From a virus (Duplodnaviria > Caudoviricetes): a stretch of 41,106 nucleotides of DNA. The position numbers were made by a program, and so were the translations under genes. The stretch is from IMG/VR virus record IMGVR_UViG_3300032212_000050, positions 1 through 41,106 of that record. One strand, 5' to 3'. Below the pieces are notes generated by a model. The model was not told the DNA's origin. It did no database searches and saw nothing but the letters and a program-made list of their open reading frames with translations. Below, piece after piece: positions 16,608 to 25,731 of the stretch. Within the stretch, counting starts at the first letter, position 1. Each line of letters opens with the position of its first letter.

Positions 16608-17258
16608 ATGACTAAGAATAAAAAAGTTGTTAAATGTGCGCCTATGTTACATAAAATTGCAAAAAAAGATGGCGTTGATTTGTCGCAGGTTCGAGGCACT
16701 GGAAAAAATGGAACAATCACTAAAGCTGATTACGAAACACATGTGGGTAGATCAGTGGAAGCCCCAGCTACAGCGGAAAGACATAGAGATGAAGATATCC
16801 GCTCCCCTATGAATCATTTAACAGATGACACTAGGCATTTAGAAATTGGCGGTATGAAATTTAATAGAAATCGTGCTAGCTTAGATGGCTCAACACGAAA
16901 AACAGTTGACATTCCCGAAAATTGCAAGAATAATGATCTACATTATCGAGTTGTTACCGATGATAAAGGAAAAATACAGGCCGCTAAAAATATAGGCTAC
17001 CAAGAAGTCGGTGACAAAATGATAAATCCAGATACGGGCGAGAAAATCGAAACCCGCTATCGTATGGGAACTAAAAAAGATGGTTCTGATTTATACGGTT
17101 ATCTGATGGCAACTCCTAAACAGTGGAAACAAGAGCGAGATGAAAAGGCCGAAGAAATTCGCCTAAGTCGTGAGCAAGGAATGTTTCAAACTCCGCAAGA
17201 CGATAAAGGCAATCCCCTCGGTGAAGAATTTTATAACAAGAATAGCCGCATGGAGTGA
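16608..17258 (+). CDS. Head-module protein with an N-terminal E3-binding (peripheral subunit-binding) domain
   Basis: APMLHKIAKKDGVDLSQVRGTGKNGTITKAD matches the PSBD of 2-oxoacid dehydrogenase E2; the rest resembles the conserved pre-capsid phage protein (HYRVV.D..G.I..A...GY..V, YLM..P..W). Confidence 0.75.
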   Translation: MTKNKKVVKCAPMLHKIAKKDGVDLSQVRGTGKNGTITKADYETHVGRSVEAPATAERHRDEDIRSPMNHLTDDTRHLEIGGMKFNRNRASLDGSTRKTVDIPENCKNNDLHYRVVTDDKGKIQAAKNIGYQEVGDKMINPDTGEKIETRYRMGTKKDGSDLYGYLMATPKQWKQERDEKAEEIRLSREQGMFQTPQDDKGNPLGEEFYNKNSRME

Positions 17259-17315
17259 TCTAATATCTCTTTAAGTGGTTAATCTAAAAAATTAACATTT
17301 ATGGAGAATTAGAAA

Positions 17316-17900
17316 ATGGCAAACATTGACGCACCCTTTGGTTTAAAGCCAATTACAAGAGATGGGGCAGCAGGATATACAGGCGCAGTGCGTGAGTATA
17401 TTATTGCAGCAGCAGAGGCCACAGACCTTTTTGTGGGCGACCCTGTTAATCTTGGTGGAACTTCAATTTTAGATTTGGTAGATGGAAAAACGAAGCCAAC
17501 AGTTGTGCGAGCAACGGCTGGTTCTGGTAATTATATTACTGGTGTTATCGTTGATTTTAAGCCAATCACTGATAAATCACTACGCTATAAAACAGACGCA
17601 ACACTACAGCGTACAGTTTTGGTGAGTGACGACCCTATGCAACTATATGAAATACAGGCAGATGGCAGTGTAGCCCTCACTGATGTTGGCGAAACCGCTG
17701 ATATCATCTTTACACATGCGGGTGCAACAGCAACGGGCTTCTCAGGCGCGGAGCTAGATACTTCGGATATTGGGACAGGCTCACAGCTTGTGATTGAAGG
17801 GGTGCGCGACCAAGACCGTAATGATTTAAGTTCAGCTAATCCAGTATTGGTTGTTCGTATTTCAGAGCATCAGAAACTTAACACATCTACAGGAGTATAG
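17316..17900 (+). CDS. Capsid decoration/cement protein
   Basis: MANIDAPFGLKP, LFVGDPV, V.DDP..LYEIQAD; precedes the major capsid gene. Confidence 0.75.
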   Translation: MANIDAPFGLKPITRDGAAGYTGAVREYIIAAAEATDLFVGDPVNLGGTSILDLVDGKTKPTVVRATAGSGNYITGVIVDFKPITDKSLRYKTDATLQRTVLVSDDPMQLYEIQADGSVALTDVGETADIIFTHAGATATGFSGAELDTSDIGTGSQLVIEGVRDQDRNDLSSANPVLVVRISEHQKLNTSTGV

Positions 17901-17903
17901 ATT

Positions 17904-18818
17904 ATGGGTGTTATTACATCGGGTTCATTCCCAGCAAACAAACGACCTGCGGTATTTGCGTTTACGCAATTGCAGTATAAAGAGCATCCTGAATATTGGC
18001 GTGAATGCTTTTATTTCACAACCTCACAGCTTGCTTATGAGGAAGCTGTAGCAGGTAACACTTTCGGGTTAGTTCCTGTTAAGGGTGAGGGTGCTAATAT
18101 TAGCTACGCTAGTGAAAGCCAAGCGCATACAACAAGAGCGACTCATGTTGTATATGCGATGGGTTATCAAATCACTATGGAAGAAGCGGACGACGATCTA
18201 TATGAAAAAGTAGGTAAAAGACGTGGTGGCAGACTTGCAAAAACTTTTGTACGAACAAAAGAAACAGTCCATGCTAACTTGTTTAATCGTGCGTTTAATA
18301 GTTCATATACTTTTGGGGATAGCACAGAGCTTTGCTCAACTGCACATTCGACCGTTGCGGGCAACCAATCAAACAAGCTTGCTACTGATGCAGATATGAC
18401 AGAGGCTTCAATCGAAGATTTGTGTATCCAAATTAGAAAAGCTACAGATAATGTCGGCAACAAGATTGATCTAAAACCTTGGAAACTTCTCTATGCACCT
18501 GATGAAAGCTTTAATGCAACACGTATATTGGAGTCAGAGCTTCAAAACGATACTGCTAATAATGCTACTAATGCGTTGCGTGCAAAGGGTAAGATTCCAT
18601 ATCACATGGACAATCCGTACCTTGATGATGCAGACGCATGGTTCATTTTAACCGATATTGCTAATACAGAAGATGGCCTAGTCCATTTTCAGCGTAGAGC
18701 TTTTGAAGTTGATATGGATAAGGACAGCAACACATTGAATGAGAAGCATTTTGGTTATGAGCGTTATAGCCGATCATGTTTTGATTTCCGCGCAGTTTAT
18801 GGCACATCAGGAGGATAA
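17904..18818 (+). CDS. Major capsid protein
   Basis: AYEE, K.EG..I.Y, YA.G..IT.E..DDDLY, TKE...ANLFN.AF, YL.D.DAWF, ERYS....D.R..YGT.G. Confidence 0.92.
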   Translation: MGVITSGSFPANKRPAVFAFTQLQYKEHPEYWRECFYFTTSQLAYEEAVAGNTFGLVPVKGEGANISYASESQAHTTRATHVVYAMGYQITMEEADDDLYEKVGKRRGGRLAKTFVRTKETVHANLFNRAFNSSYTFGDSTELCSTAHSTVAGNQSNKLATDADMTEASIEDLCIQIRKATDNVGNKIDLKPWKLLYAPDESFNATRILESELQNDTANNATNALRAKGKIPYHMDNPYLDDADAWFILTDIANTEDGLVHFQRRAFEVDMDKDSNTLNEKHFGYERYSRSCFDFRAVYGTSGG

Positions 18819-18822
18819 TGTA

Positions 18823-18993
18823 ATGTCAAATAAAAAAGTAGACACTAAGAAGGTAGAGCCAGTTAAGGCCGCACCTAAAAAAGTAGACACTAAGAAGGCG
18901 TTACTCAAGGAGCTTGATGGTATGAAAACTTTCAACACCCCTCGTGCTAAACAAGTTGTTACTGAATTATTAAAATTATCCTTGGGCGCATAA
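18823..18993 (+). CDS. Small Lys-rich protein with duplicated KKVDTKK
   Basis: GGAGG RBS; 22-bp internal direct repeat. Confidence 0.6.
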   Translation: MSNKKVDTKKVEPVKAAPKKVDTKKALLKELDGMKTFNTPRAKQVVTELLKLSLGA

Positions 18994-19007
18994 TGCGCCT
19001 TTGGTTT
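18984..19007 (+). terminator. Putative intrinsic terminator after the capsid genes
   Basis: GGCGCA-taa-TGCGCC followed by TTTGGTTT. Confidence 0.5.
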
Positions 19008-19035
19008 AAAACCACAAGTAAGGAGTTATATTATT

Positions 19036-19959
19036 ATGCCTATCTCAAATTTTCCCAACGGATTCTCTAAAGGTGTTAACGTGCAAGGATTGCCGCTATT
19101 AAATACATATGGCGGTAATGTTTTTTGGGTTGACTCTGGCGCAGGTAGTGACGGCAACAAAGGAACGTTTGATCGCCCTTTTGCTACACTTGACTATGCT
19201 GTAGGTCGTTGTACTGCAAGTAATGGTGATATTATCATGATTAAAGCAGGTCACGCAGAGACACTAAGCGCGGCCGATGCTATTGACCTAGATGTTATCG
19301 GTATATCCGTAATAGGTTTAGGAACAGGATCATTGCGCCCTACATTCACAATGGATAATGCAGCGGGTGAAATTACCTTTGGTGCGGACAATATCCTATT
19401 AGAAAATGTTATTGTTAATGCTTCTGTTACTGCGGTTCTTAAAGCAATTAATGTTGAAGATGGTGTGAATTATGCGACAATTCGCGGCTGTACTTTTGGC
19501 GTGGATGCTGCTGGAACAGATGAATTTAACCATACTATTTCTTTTGCTAACAACAATACTGGTTGTGTAGTTGAGGGAAATACTATTGATATGGGTATCG
19601 CTGGTGCAGTAGCCGCTATTATTCTTGATGCTGACACTGACAAAGTAGTGATTCAAAACAATATTATTCGTGGTGATTATTCAACTGCGAATATTATGGG
19701 AGATACTACACTTTCAACAAATGTTCTTATTCAGAATAACTTGCTTGAGAATGGTATTGGTGGCGATCTTAATGCACAGCCTTGTATAGAGCTTTTGACA
19801 GGAACGTATGGAACAATCGCAAACAACTATATAGTTTGTAACCTTGCTACGAAGGTAGCGTCTATTGTAGCTGATACGTGTCTACTCTTTGAAAACTATT
19901 ACAACGAAGATATACAAGGCACGGGCGGCTTAATTGGTACGGTATCGGCAGACGATTAA
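19036..19959 (+). CDS. Virion protein with right-handed beta-helix (pectin-lyase-like) fold
   Basis: VFWVDS..GSDGNKG.F.RPFATLDYA, GD.I.IK.GH.E, repeated I.NN.I. Confidence 0.75.
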   Translation: MPISNFPNGFSKGVNVQGLPLLNTYGGNVFWVDSGAGSDGNKGTFDRPFATLDYAVGRCTASNGDIIMIKAGHAETLSAADAIDLDVIGISVIGLGTGSLRPTFTMDNAAGEITFGADNILLENVIVNASVTAVLKAINVEDGVNYATIRGCTFGVDAAGTDEFNHTISFANNNTGCVVEGNTIDMGIAGAVAAIILDADTDKVVIQNNIIRGDYSTANIMGDTTLSTNVLIQNNLLENGIGGDLNAQPCIELLTGTYGTIANNYIVCNLATKVASIVADTCLLFENYYNEDIQGTGGLIGTVSADD

Positions 19960-20534
19960 TGAATAAAAATCATAGCATAGAAGCAGAGGTTAATAATCTT
20001 ATGTCTAGTGTTCCTAGACGCTTCTATGTTGATGAGGTTTATAATACAGATCAAATGCATGATGTTGCTGTACCTATCGGCTGCGGGGTTAACACGACAA
20101 AGCCAAAACAAATAGCTAGAATGCTTTCTTTGCTTGGAAAAAGAGGAAAGGTTCTTGAGATTGGTACGGGGTGCGGTTGGCAAACAGCTCTTTTGTCAAA
20201 TTTATCTGATAAGGTTTATAGCATAGAGGTTTCTAAAAGATTATATGAAAGAGCAAAGTTTAATCTTAATGGTTTGAATATAGCATTGAAAAATGATAAC
20301 GGTTTAAATGGTTGGGCTGACCACGCTCTATTTGATGGTATTATAGTTTGTGCTGCGATAGAATCGGTAAATGATAATTTAATTATGCAGCTTAATGATA
20401 ATGGTGTTATTATAGCACCAATAGGCAATGAAAAAGATCAAGTGTTGCACAGAATGACCAAGAAAAAAAATGGTTTAGTAGTAGAAAAATTTGAAAAATG
20501 CGGCTTTATTGCTGCTGAAAGACAAGGGACATAA
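19959..20534 (+). CDS. pcm: Protein-L-isoaspartate O-methyltransferase-like (PIMT/PCMT)
   Basis: VPR..YV, VPIG.G, KVLEIGTGCGWQTALLS, VYSIE, G..GW..HA.FDGIIV.AA, QL...G.IIAPIG. Confidence 0.88.
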   Translation: MNKNHSIEAEVNNLMSSVPRRFYVDEVYNTDQMHDVAVPIGCGVNTTKPKQIARMLSLLGKRGKVLEIGTGCGWQTALLSNLSDKVYSIEVSKRLYERAKFNLNGLNIALKNDNGLNGWADHALFDGIIVCAAIESVNDNLIMQLNDNGVIIAPIGNEKDQVLHRMTKKKNGLVVEKFEKCGFIAAERQGT

Positions 20535-20537
20535 AAT

Positions 20538-20843
20538 ATGGCTACTTTATGGATCGAAGAAGAACCAGACATTCCATTAGCAGGACGAGGTACTATACCT
20601 GTTCATGAGGCTTCACTTGGTAATGGTGTTCAACAACAAGTGGCTATAGGGGCTACTACTTTATCATCAAGTGCTTTTGGTGCTAATACTAAGCTTATTA
20701 CTATTCATGCTGATGCGGAATGTTATATTGATATAGGCACAACCCCTACAGCGACAACATCAACAAGGCACTTATTGCTTGGTGCTTATAGAACATTTAG
20801 AGTAAAATCAGGCGACAAGATAGCTGTGAAAGACACATCATGA
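20538..20843 (+). CDS. Small virion-associated hypothetical protein
   Basis: MATLWI.E...S.AF...T..I.I.AD..C.I..G..PTAT...F.V..GDKIAV. Confidence 0.65.
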   Translation: MATLWIEEEPDIPLAGRGTIPVHEASLGNGVQQQVAIGATTLSSSAFGANTKLITIHADAECYIDIGTTPTATTSTRHLLLGAYRTFRVKSGDKIAVKDTS

Positions 20844-20844
20844 T

Positions 20845-21084
20845 ATGGCAGGATTTAAAAAAGGCATATATAAAGTAAGATGCGATATATCAGGGTTCAT
20901 AGTTGACTCTGATAAATGCCGCATGATGTGGAATGGCTTATTTGTTAGAAAACAAGATTACGAGCCACGCCACCCGCAAGATAAAGTCTTTACCCCCAAA
21001 CGAAGTGCAGTTCCGAGCAAGCCACGACCAGAGGGTACAGATCAATTTATTGACGCAACAGATGTAACGGCGGATGATTTATAA
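20845..21084 (+). CDS. Conserved phage head-completion-region protein
   Basis: CDISGF...W.GL.V...DYEPRHPQD...PRPE. Confidence 0.7.
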   Translation: MAGFKKGIYKVRCDISGFIVDSDKCRMMWNGLFVRKQDYEPRHPQDKVFTPKRSAVPSKPRPEGTDQFIDATDVTADDL

Positions 21085-22031
21085 TGACAACATCAGAAAT
21101 ATATACATACTCACGAACAGGCACACAAATTATAAATGCTGCTTTTAGAAAATGCAGTATGCTAGCTGCTGGTGAAACGGCAAGTTCAGAAATGCTAGCA
21201 AATGGCTTAGAGGCGTTAGAGATTCTTATTAAAGCATGGAACGCAGACGGAATACGCCTATGGAAATATGAGGAAATGATTTTATTTCTTGTGGCTAACC
21301 AACAAAGTTATGATCTCGGTGCAAGCGGTGATAGTTTTTTAAAAAAATCAGCCCTAACAACAACAACAATGAAGGTAGCAGGTGTTTCCACAGACCTTAC
21401 AATTGATGTTGATAGTATAACAGGAATTACAAGCGGCGATAGTATCGGAATTGTTATTGATGATAATACAATACACTGGACTACGGTTAATGGTGCGCCT
21501 GCTGGTGATACTGTAACAATAACTATCGCTTTGGACGGAGCAGCGGCAATAGGTAATGCTGTTTATGTTTATACATCAAAAGCCCCAAGGCCATTACAGG
21601 TAACACATGGACGTGTGCAAACTGATACGAATAGCGAAATTGAGCTTACAAAATTAGCTAGAGAGGATTATTTTAGGCTTAGTAATAAAGCTGCATCTGG
21701 CGTACCCGTTGAGTTTCATTATAACCCACGGCTAACGAATGGTAAGCTCTACCTTTACCCAACAACGAGCAATGAAACTTATTATCTCAATCTAACTGTT
21801 AAAATACCTATTGAATCTTTTTCATCTGCATCAAATAACCCTGAATTTCCAGAAGAGTGGTTTTTGCCTTTAGTTTGGTGTTTGGCACAACAATTATATA
21901 TTGAGTTTGGAATAATTGATCCTATTACTGTGCAAAAAATAGAAAAAGAAGCAGATAAATGGTATGAAATCATATCAGATTTTGACAGTGAGGATTCAGA
22001 TATAGTATTTCAGCCTGATATGGGAGGCTAA
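21084..22031 (+). CDS. Head-to-tail adaptor (P22 gp4-like) with an inserted beta domain
   Basis: II.AA.RK....GET, Y..L.NK...G.P, LYLYP, FPEEW..PL.W.LA. Confidence 0.75.
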   Translation: MTTSEIYTYSRTGTQIINAAFRKCSMLAAGETASSEMLANGLEALEILIKAWNADGIRLWKYEEMILFLVANQQSYDLGASGDSFLKKSALTTTTMKVAGVSTDLTIDVDSITGITSGDSIGIVIDDNTIHWTTVNGAPAGDTVTITIALDGAAAIGNAVYVYTSKAPRPLQVTHGRVQTDTNSEIELTKLAREDYFRLSNKAASGVPVEFHYNPRLTNGKLYLYPTTSNETYYLNLTVKIPIESFSSASNNPEFPEEWFLPLVWCLAQQLYIEFGIIDPITVQKIEKEADKWYEIISDFDSEDSDIVFQPDMGG

Positions 22032-22032
22032 T

Positions 22033-23442
22033 ATCAAAGTATTATTAGGTTATCAATCTTATACGGGAAGAAGTGAAGCGGCGACAGGGCAGAGGCTTGT
22101 AAATATGTATGCCGAAGTTAACCCGTCCGAATCTAAATATCCATTTACGCTTTATAATACCGAAGGACAAGTAGAGTTTGCTGATACTGGAACAGTTAAG
22201 GCTATTGATGGTATGCAAAAAATGGGTTCACTACTGTACATTGTTTCTGATAACAAAGTTTATAAAATGACAACTGCGGGTGTAGTTACGCAGTTAACGG
22301 GAACTATGACAGGCACAATCGGGCGCGTTGATATGTCTAACAACGGCACTCAAATGACAATTATTGATCCAGATGGTAACGGCTGGGTAGCAACTACCAC
22401 CACAGTTACAAGTATTTCAGATGCAGATTTTCCAACATCGAATGCGGTTACTTACTTAGACGGTTATACAATCGTTAGTGTTGAAGATTCGGGACAATTT
22501 AATATTAGCGGATTACTTAATAGCACCGCATGGGATGCTTTAGATTTTGCAACAGCGGAGGAAAAGCCTGACAATTTAGTGCGTCCTTATGCTTTTAATA
22601 GCTCATTATGGTTGTTTGGTCAGGAATCTTATGAAGTTTATCATAATTCTGGTGATGTAGATTTCCCTTTTGAGCAGACCAGCGAAGCGGTTAACACCAC
22701 TAGGGGTTTAGGGGCAAAGTTTGCTGTAGCACAAGACGATAACGCTTTATTCTTTCTGGGGGATGATTTAATTTTTTATCGTGGTGAAGGTTACAATGTT
22801 ACTAGAAAATCAACACATGCCGTTGAGACAGCGATAAAAAGTTATTCTGTTACAGATGATGCTTTTTGTTTTGTTATAAATATGGAAGGACACAAGTTTG
22901 TCGTACTTACTTTTCCAACAGCCCAAGCAACGTGGGTTTTAGATTTAGCCACTGATTTCTGGCATGAACGCACCACAATATTAAGCGGCGTAGAAAAGCG
23001 ATGGCGAGCAAATTGTCATGCTACCTTTGCGGGTAAACAGCTTGTTGGTGATTATATAAATGGTAAAATATACGAATTAAGTCCTAGCGTATATACTGAT
23101 GATGGCGCAACAATCAAGCGTGTCATGGAAGGAACGACAGAATGGGCTGATGGATCAAGATTTATTGTTGATGCGCTGCGTTTAGATATTGACACTGGTG
23201 TAGGTTTAACAACAGGGCAGGGAGGCGACCCCCAAGTGATTCTGGAGTTTTCAAACGATGGAAAGAAAACATGGAGCAACGAGGCATGGCGGTCTTTTGG
23301 TAAAATTGGAGAATTTGACAAACAGGTATTATGGAGAACATTAGGACAATCACGTCAAAAAACTTATAGATTCACAATTACAGACCCTGTACCTGTTAGG
23401 GTTAGTGGTTGCTATCAAGAGGCTAGGCGGTGTGCGACATGA
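22033..23442 (+). CDS. Packaged-DNA stabilization/tail nozzle protein (P22 gp10-like); start placed at ATC 22033
   Basis: SY..RS....QR.VN.Y.E N-terminus, V.YLDGY, ALDFATAE..PD, GH.F.VL.FP....TWV.D.AT..WHER, S.DG..TWSNE, W..LG.SR. Confidence 0.88.
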   Translation: MKVLLGYQSYTGRSEAATGQRLVNMYAEVNPSESKYPFTLYNTEGQVEFADTGTVKAIDGMQKMGSLLYIVSDNKVYKMTTAGVVTQLTGTMTGTIGRVDMSNNGTQMTIIDPDGNGWVATTTTVTSISDADFPTSNAVTYLDGYTIVSVEDSGQFNISGLLNSTAWDALDFATAEEKPDNLVRPYAFNSSLWLFGQESYEVYHNSGDVDFPFEQTSEAVNTTRGLGAKFAVAQDDNALFFLGDDLIFYRGEGYNVTRKSTHAVETAIKSYSVTDDAFCFVINMEGHKFVVLTFPTAQATWVLDLATDFWHERTTILSGVEKRWRANCHATFAGKQLVGDYINGKIYELSPSVYTDDGATIKRVMEGTTEWADGSRFIVDALRLDIDTGVGLTTGQGGDPQVILEFSNDGKKTWSNEAWRSFGKIGEFDKQVLWRTLGQSRQKTYRFTITDPVPVRVSGCYQEARRCAT

Positions 23443-24221
23443 CAATAAAACGTCCTCCTATTCAAGAAAACATGGTGAACAAAATAAATAAAGCCCCTAG
23501 CGTTTGGGTGCGCTGGTTTAGCTCAATAAGACAGGCTTTAAATTTTTTTACTTTCGACTTTTCAACGGGTAATTTGGGTGTGGGTGTTGAAACCCCTACA
23601 GCATGGATTCATTTAAAAGCAGGAACTACAACAACACCCCCTTTAAAACTCACAGAGGGTGATTCAAATACTACCCCTCAAGCTGGTGCTATGGAATATA
23701 CAGATGGCCATTTGTTTTTTAGTAAAGCGGATGAGGTGCGTTATGCTGTGACATTATCTAATGGTGTTAAGTCAGATACAACCACAGTTACTAATACTAC
23801 TACAGAAACGGAAATATATTCTAAATCTTTTGCAGCAAATGAACTACATGCAGATGAGATAGTAAATTGTTTTTGTTCTGGTGTTTATTCTAACGCCTCT
23901 GCCAGTGATGATTTTACAATTAGGTTTAAAATTGATGGCGTGGAAATACACGCCTTGAGTCGTTTGGGTGGAAATAAAACCAATGCGGGTTGGTTGGCGC
24001 AAGCACAATGGACGATTCGCACAACGGGAAGTGGAGGAACTTATGTAGATTTCTTCTCGTATACCGAAGATGGCAATAACCCTTATATGGCTGCTGATAC
24101 CTCGACACATTCAATTGATACAACAACCACGCACACAGTGACGGTTACTATTGAGTGGGATAGTGCTAAGGCTGGTAATATATTCTCATGCACACAGGGG
24201 TATATAACATTCAACCATTAA
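23439..24221 (+). CDS. Virion tail protein at the P22 gp26 (needle) position
   Basis: PP......W.RWF N-terminus; GNLGVG..TP fibre motif; ATGA coupling. Confidence 0.6.
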   Translation: MTIKRPPIQENMVNKINKAPSVWVRWFSSIRQALNFFTFDFSTGNLGVGVETPTAWIHLKAGTTTTPPLKLTEGDSNTTPQAGAMEYTDGHLFFSKADEVRYAVTLSNGVKSDTTTVTNTTTETEIYSKSFAANELHADEIVNCFCSGVYSNASASDDFTIRFKIDGVEIHALSRLGGNKTNAGWLAQAQWTIRTTGSGGTYVDFFSYTEDGNNPYMAADTSTHSIDTTTTHTVTVTIEWDSAKAGNIFSCTQGYITFNH

Positions 24222-24673
24222 TCAGAAGCAAAGACCCATATTTATTAAACTTCTTTTTGAATCACTCGGCAATATATCCATATTTAATACAAGATGACGC
24301 ACCTGAATACCTTGATGTCACTGAAATATTAAAAGATGAAAACGTTTTTTTCTTTGCTGTCAATAGGGGAGGCTTGCTGTTTTTACCTATTAGTGATAAG
24401 GTTTACAAGATTGATGCATATTTCTTACCTCGAAATAGGGGGGTGAGGGCTAAAAATGTTATCGCAAAAGCTATCAAATATATGTTTGAGCAAGCCAAAG
24501 CAGATAAAATAATAGCCGAAATTCCCGCTTGCAATAAACATTCTGCTGTTATGGCTTCAAGCATGGATTTTAAAAAAGTACGCACCGATAAGAACGCTTG
24601 GTTTAAAAATGGCGTTCAATATGATGTTGCAACTTATGAATTAAGAGCTTTAAAAAATGACGAGTATAGTTAG
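24188..24673 (+). CDS. GNAT-like protein (DUF2824 / P22 gp14 position)
   Basis: LNH..IYP.L, FLP..RG..A.....AI.YMF, IP..N; precedes the injection genes. Confidence 0.7.
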   Translation: MHTGVYNIQPLIRSKDPYLLNFFLNHSAIYPYLIQDDAPEYLDVTEILKDENVFFFAVNRGGLLFLPISDKVYKIDAYFLPRNRGVRAKNVIAKAIKYMFEQAKADKIIAEIPACNKHSAVMASSMDFKKVRTDKNAWFKNGVQYDVATYELRALKNDEYS

Positions 24674-25721
24674 TGCAATTACAGGTTCAGGAGCTAAAAA
24701 AGCAGCGAGCGCACAAGCTGCTGCTGGTGAGCGTGCTATAGAACTACAAGAAAAATCTTTAGCAGAACAAATTAAATTAGGTAGAGAATCTTTAGATTTA
24801 GTAAAACTACAATATGAAGAGTCAAAAAGCTTTACCGAACCTTATAGAAAGGCAGGTAGTACCGCCTTATCAAATTATGAAAGTTTATTGTATGGCATTC
24901 CAATAAATCAAACATCATCGTACAGGTCGGCCAGAGCGCAAGATGTTCAATCACGGGAAGATATAAGAGCCGAATTATTACCGCAATTCACTACACAAAC
25001 ACAATCTAATGTTAGTGGCAACTTATACAGTGACACTATAACAGGGCAAATCTTTGATATTAACAACCAAGCAAGTGTGGACAACTATATTAAGTCACTA
25101 GGTCATGATATGTCAGGGAGACAGGGGGCAGTTAATCAGATATTACAATCTGGCAATCTTGAGAGTTTAGAGGATTTTAGGATTGCCCCTGTATCACAGC
25201 CAACAACAACAGAGAATATTGACTATAACGCTTTAGATGCAGCGGTGGAGGAAAGATACGCAGGACAGCAACCATCAGTATCCGAGGGCGATGATGGTGT
25301 TTTTGATTTTACTGCCACACCAAGCTATGAATTTAGACGCGGCGAGGGTGAGAAGGCACTAGAAAGAAGCGCAGCAGCTAGATCGGGAGTATTATCTGGA
25401 AGACAGTTAAAAGCTCAAGAGCGATTTGCTCAAGATTATGCGTCAAGTGAGTATGATAAAGTATTATCAAGGATTGGCGGTCTAGCTGATACAGGGTTGC
25501 AAGCCTCGCAGGGTGCTGCATCTGGGGCTTTAAGTTCAGGCCAAACACAGGCGGGTATACTAAGCAATTTGGCCGTGCAGCAAGGACAGTATGGGGCTAA
25601 TGTATCCGATTTAACTACAGGAATTGGTGCGGCAAGAGCTAGTGGTTATTTAGGCGTACAGCAAGCAGGCACAAATACACTTAATATGCTGGCTGGCTTT
25701 GCTGGTAGCGGGTTCGGATAG
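24657..25721 (+). CDS. DNA injection protein (P22 gp7-like)
   Basis: AKKAA.AQ, PY..AG..AL, F..TP.YEFR..EG..A.ERSAAAR.G.LSG, G.ARASG.LG. Confidence 0.85.
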   Translation: MTSIVSAITGSGAKKAASAQAAAGERAIELQEKSLAEQIKLGRESLDLVKLQYEESKSFTEPYRKAGSTALSNYESLLYGIPINQTSSYRSARAQDVQSREDIRAELLPQFTTQTQSNVSGNLYSDTITGQIFDINNQASVDNYIKSLGHDMSGRQGAVNQILQSGNLESLEDFRIAPVSQPTTTENIDYNALDAAVEERYAGQQPSVSEGDDGVFDFTATPSYEFRRGEGEKALERSAAARSGVLSGRQLKAQERFAQDYASSEYDKVLSRIGGLADTGLQASQGAASGALSSGQTQAGILSNLAVQQGQYGANVSDLTTGIGAARASGYLGVQQAGTNTLNMLAGFAGSGFG

Positions 25722-25731
25722 GAGAAACAAA

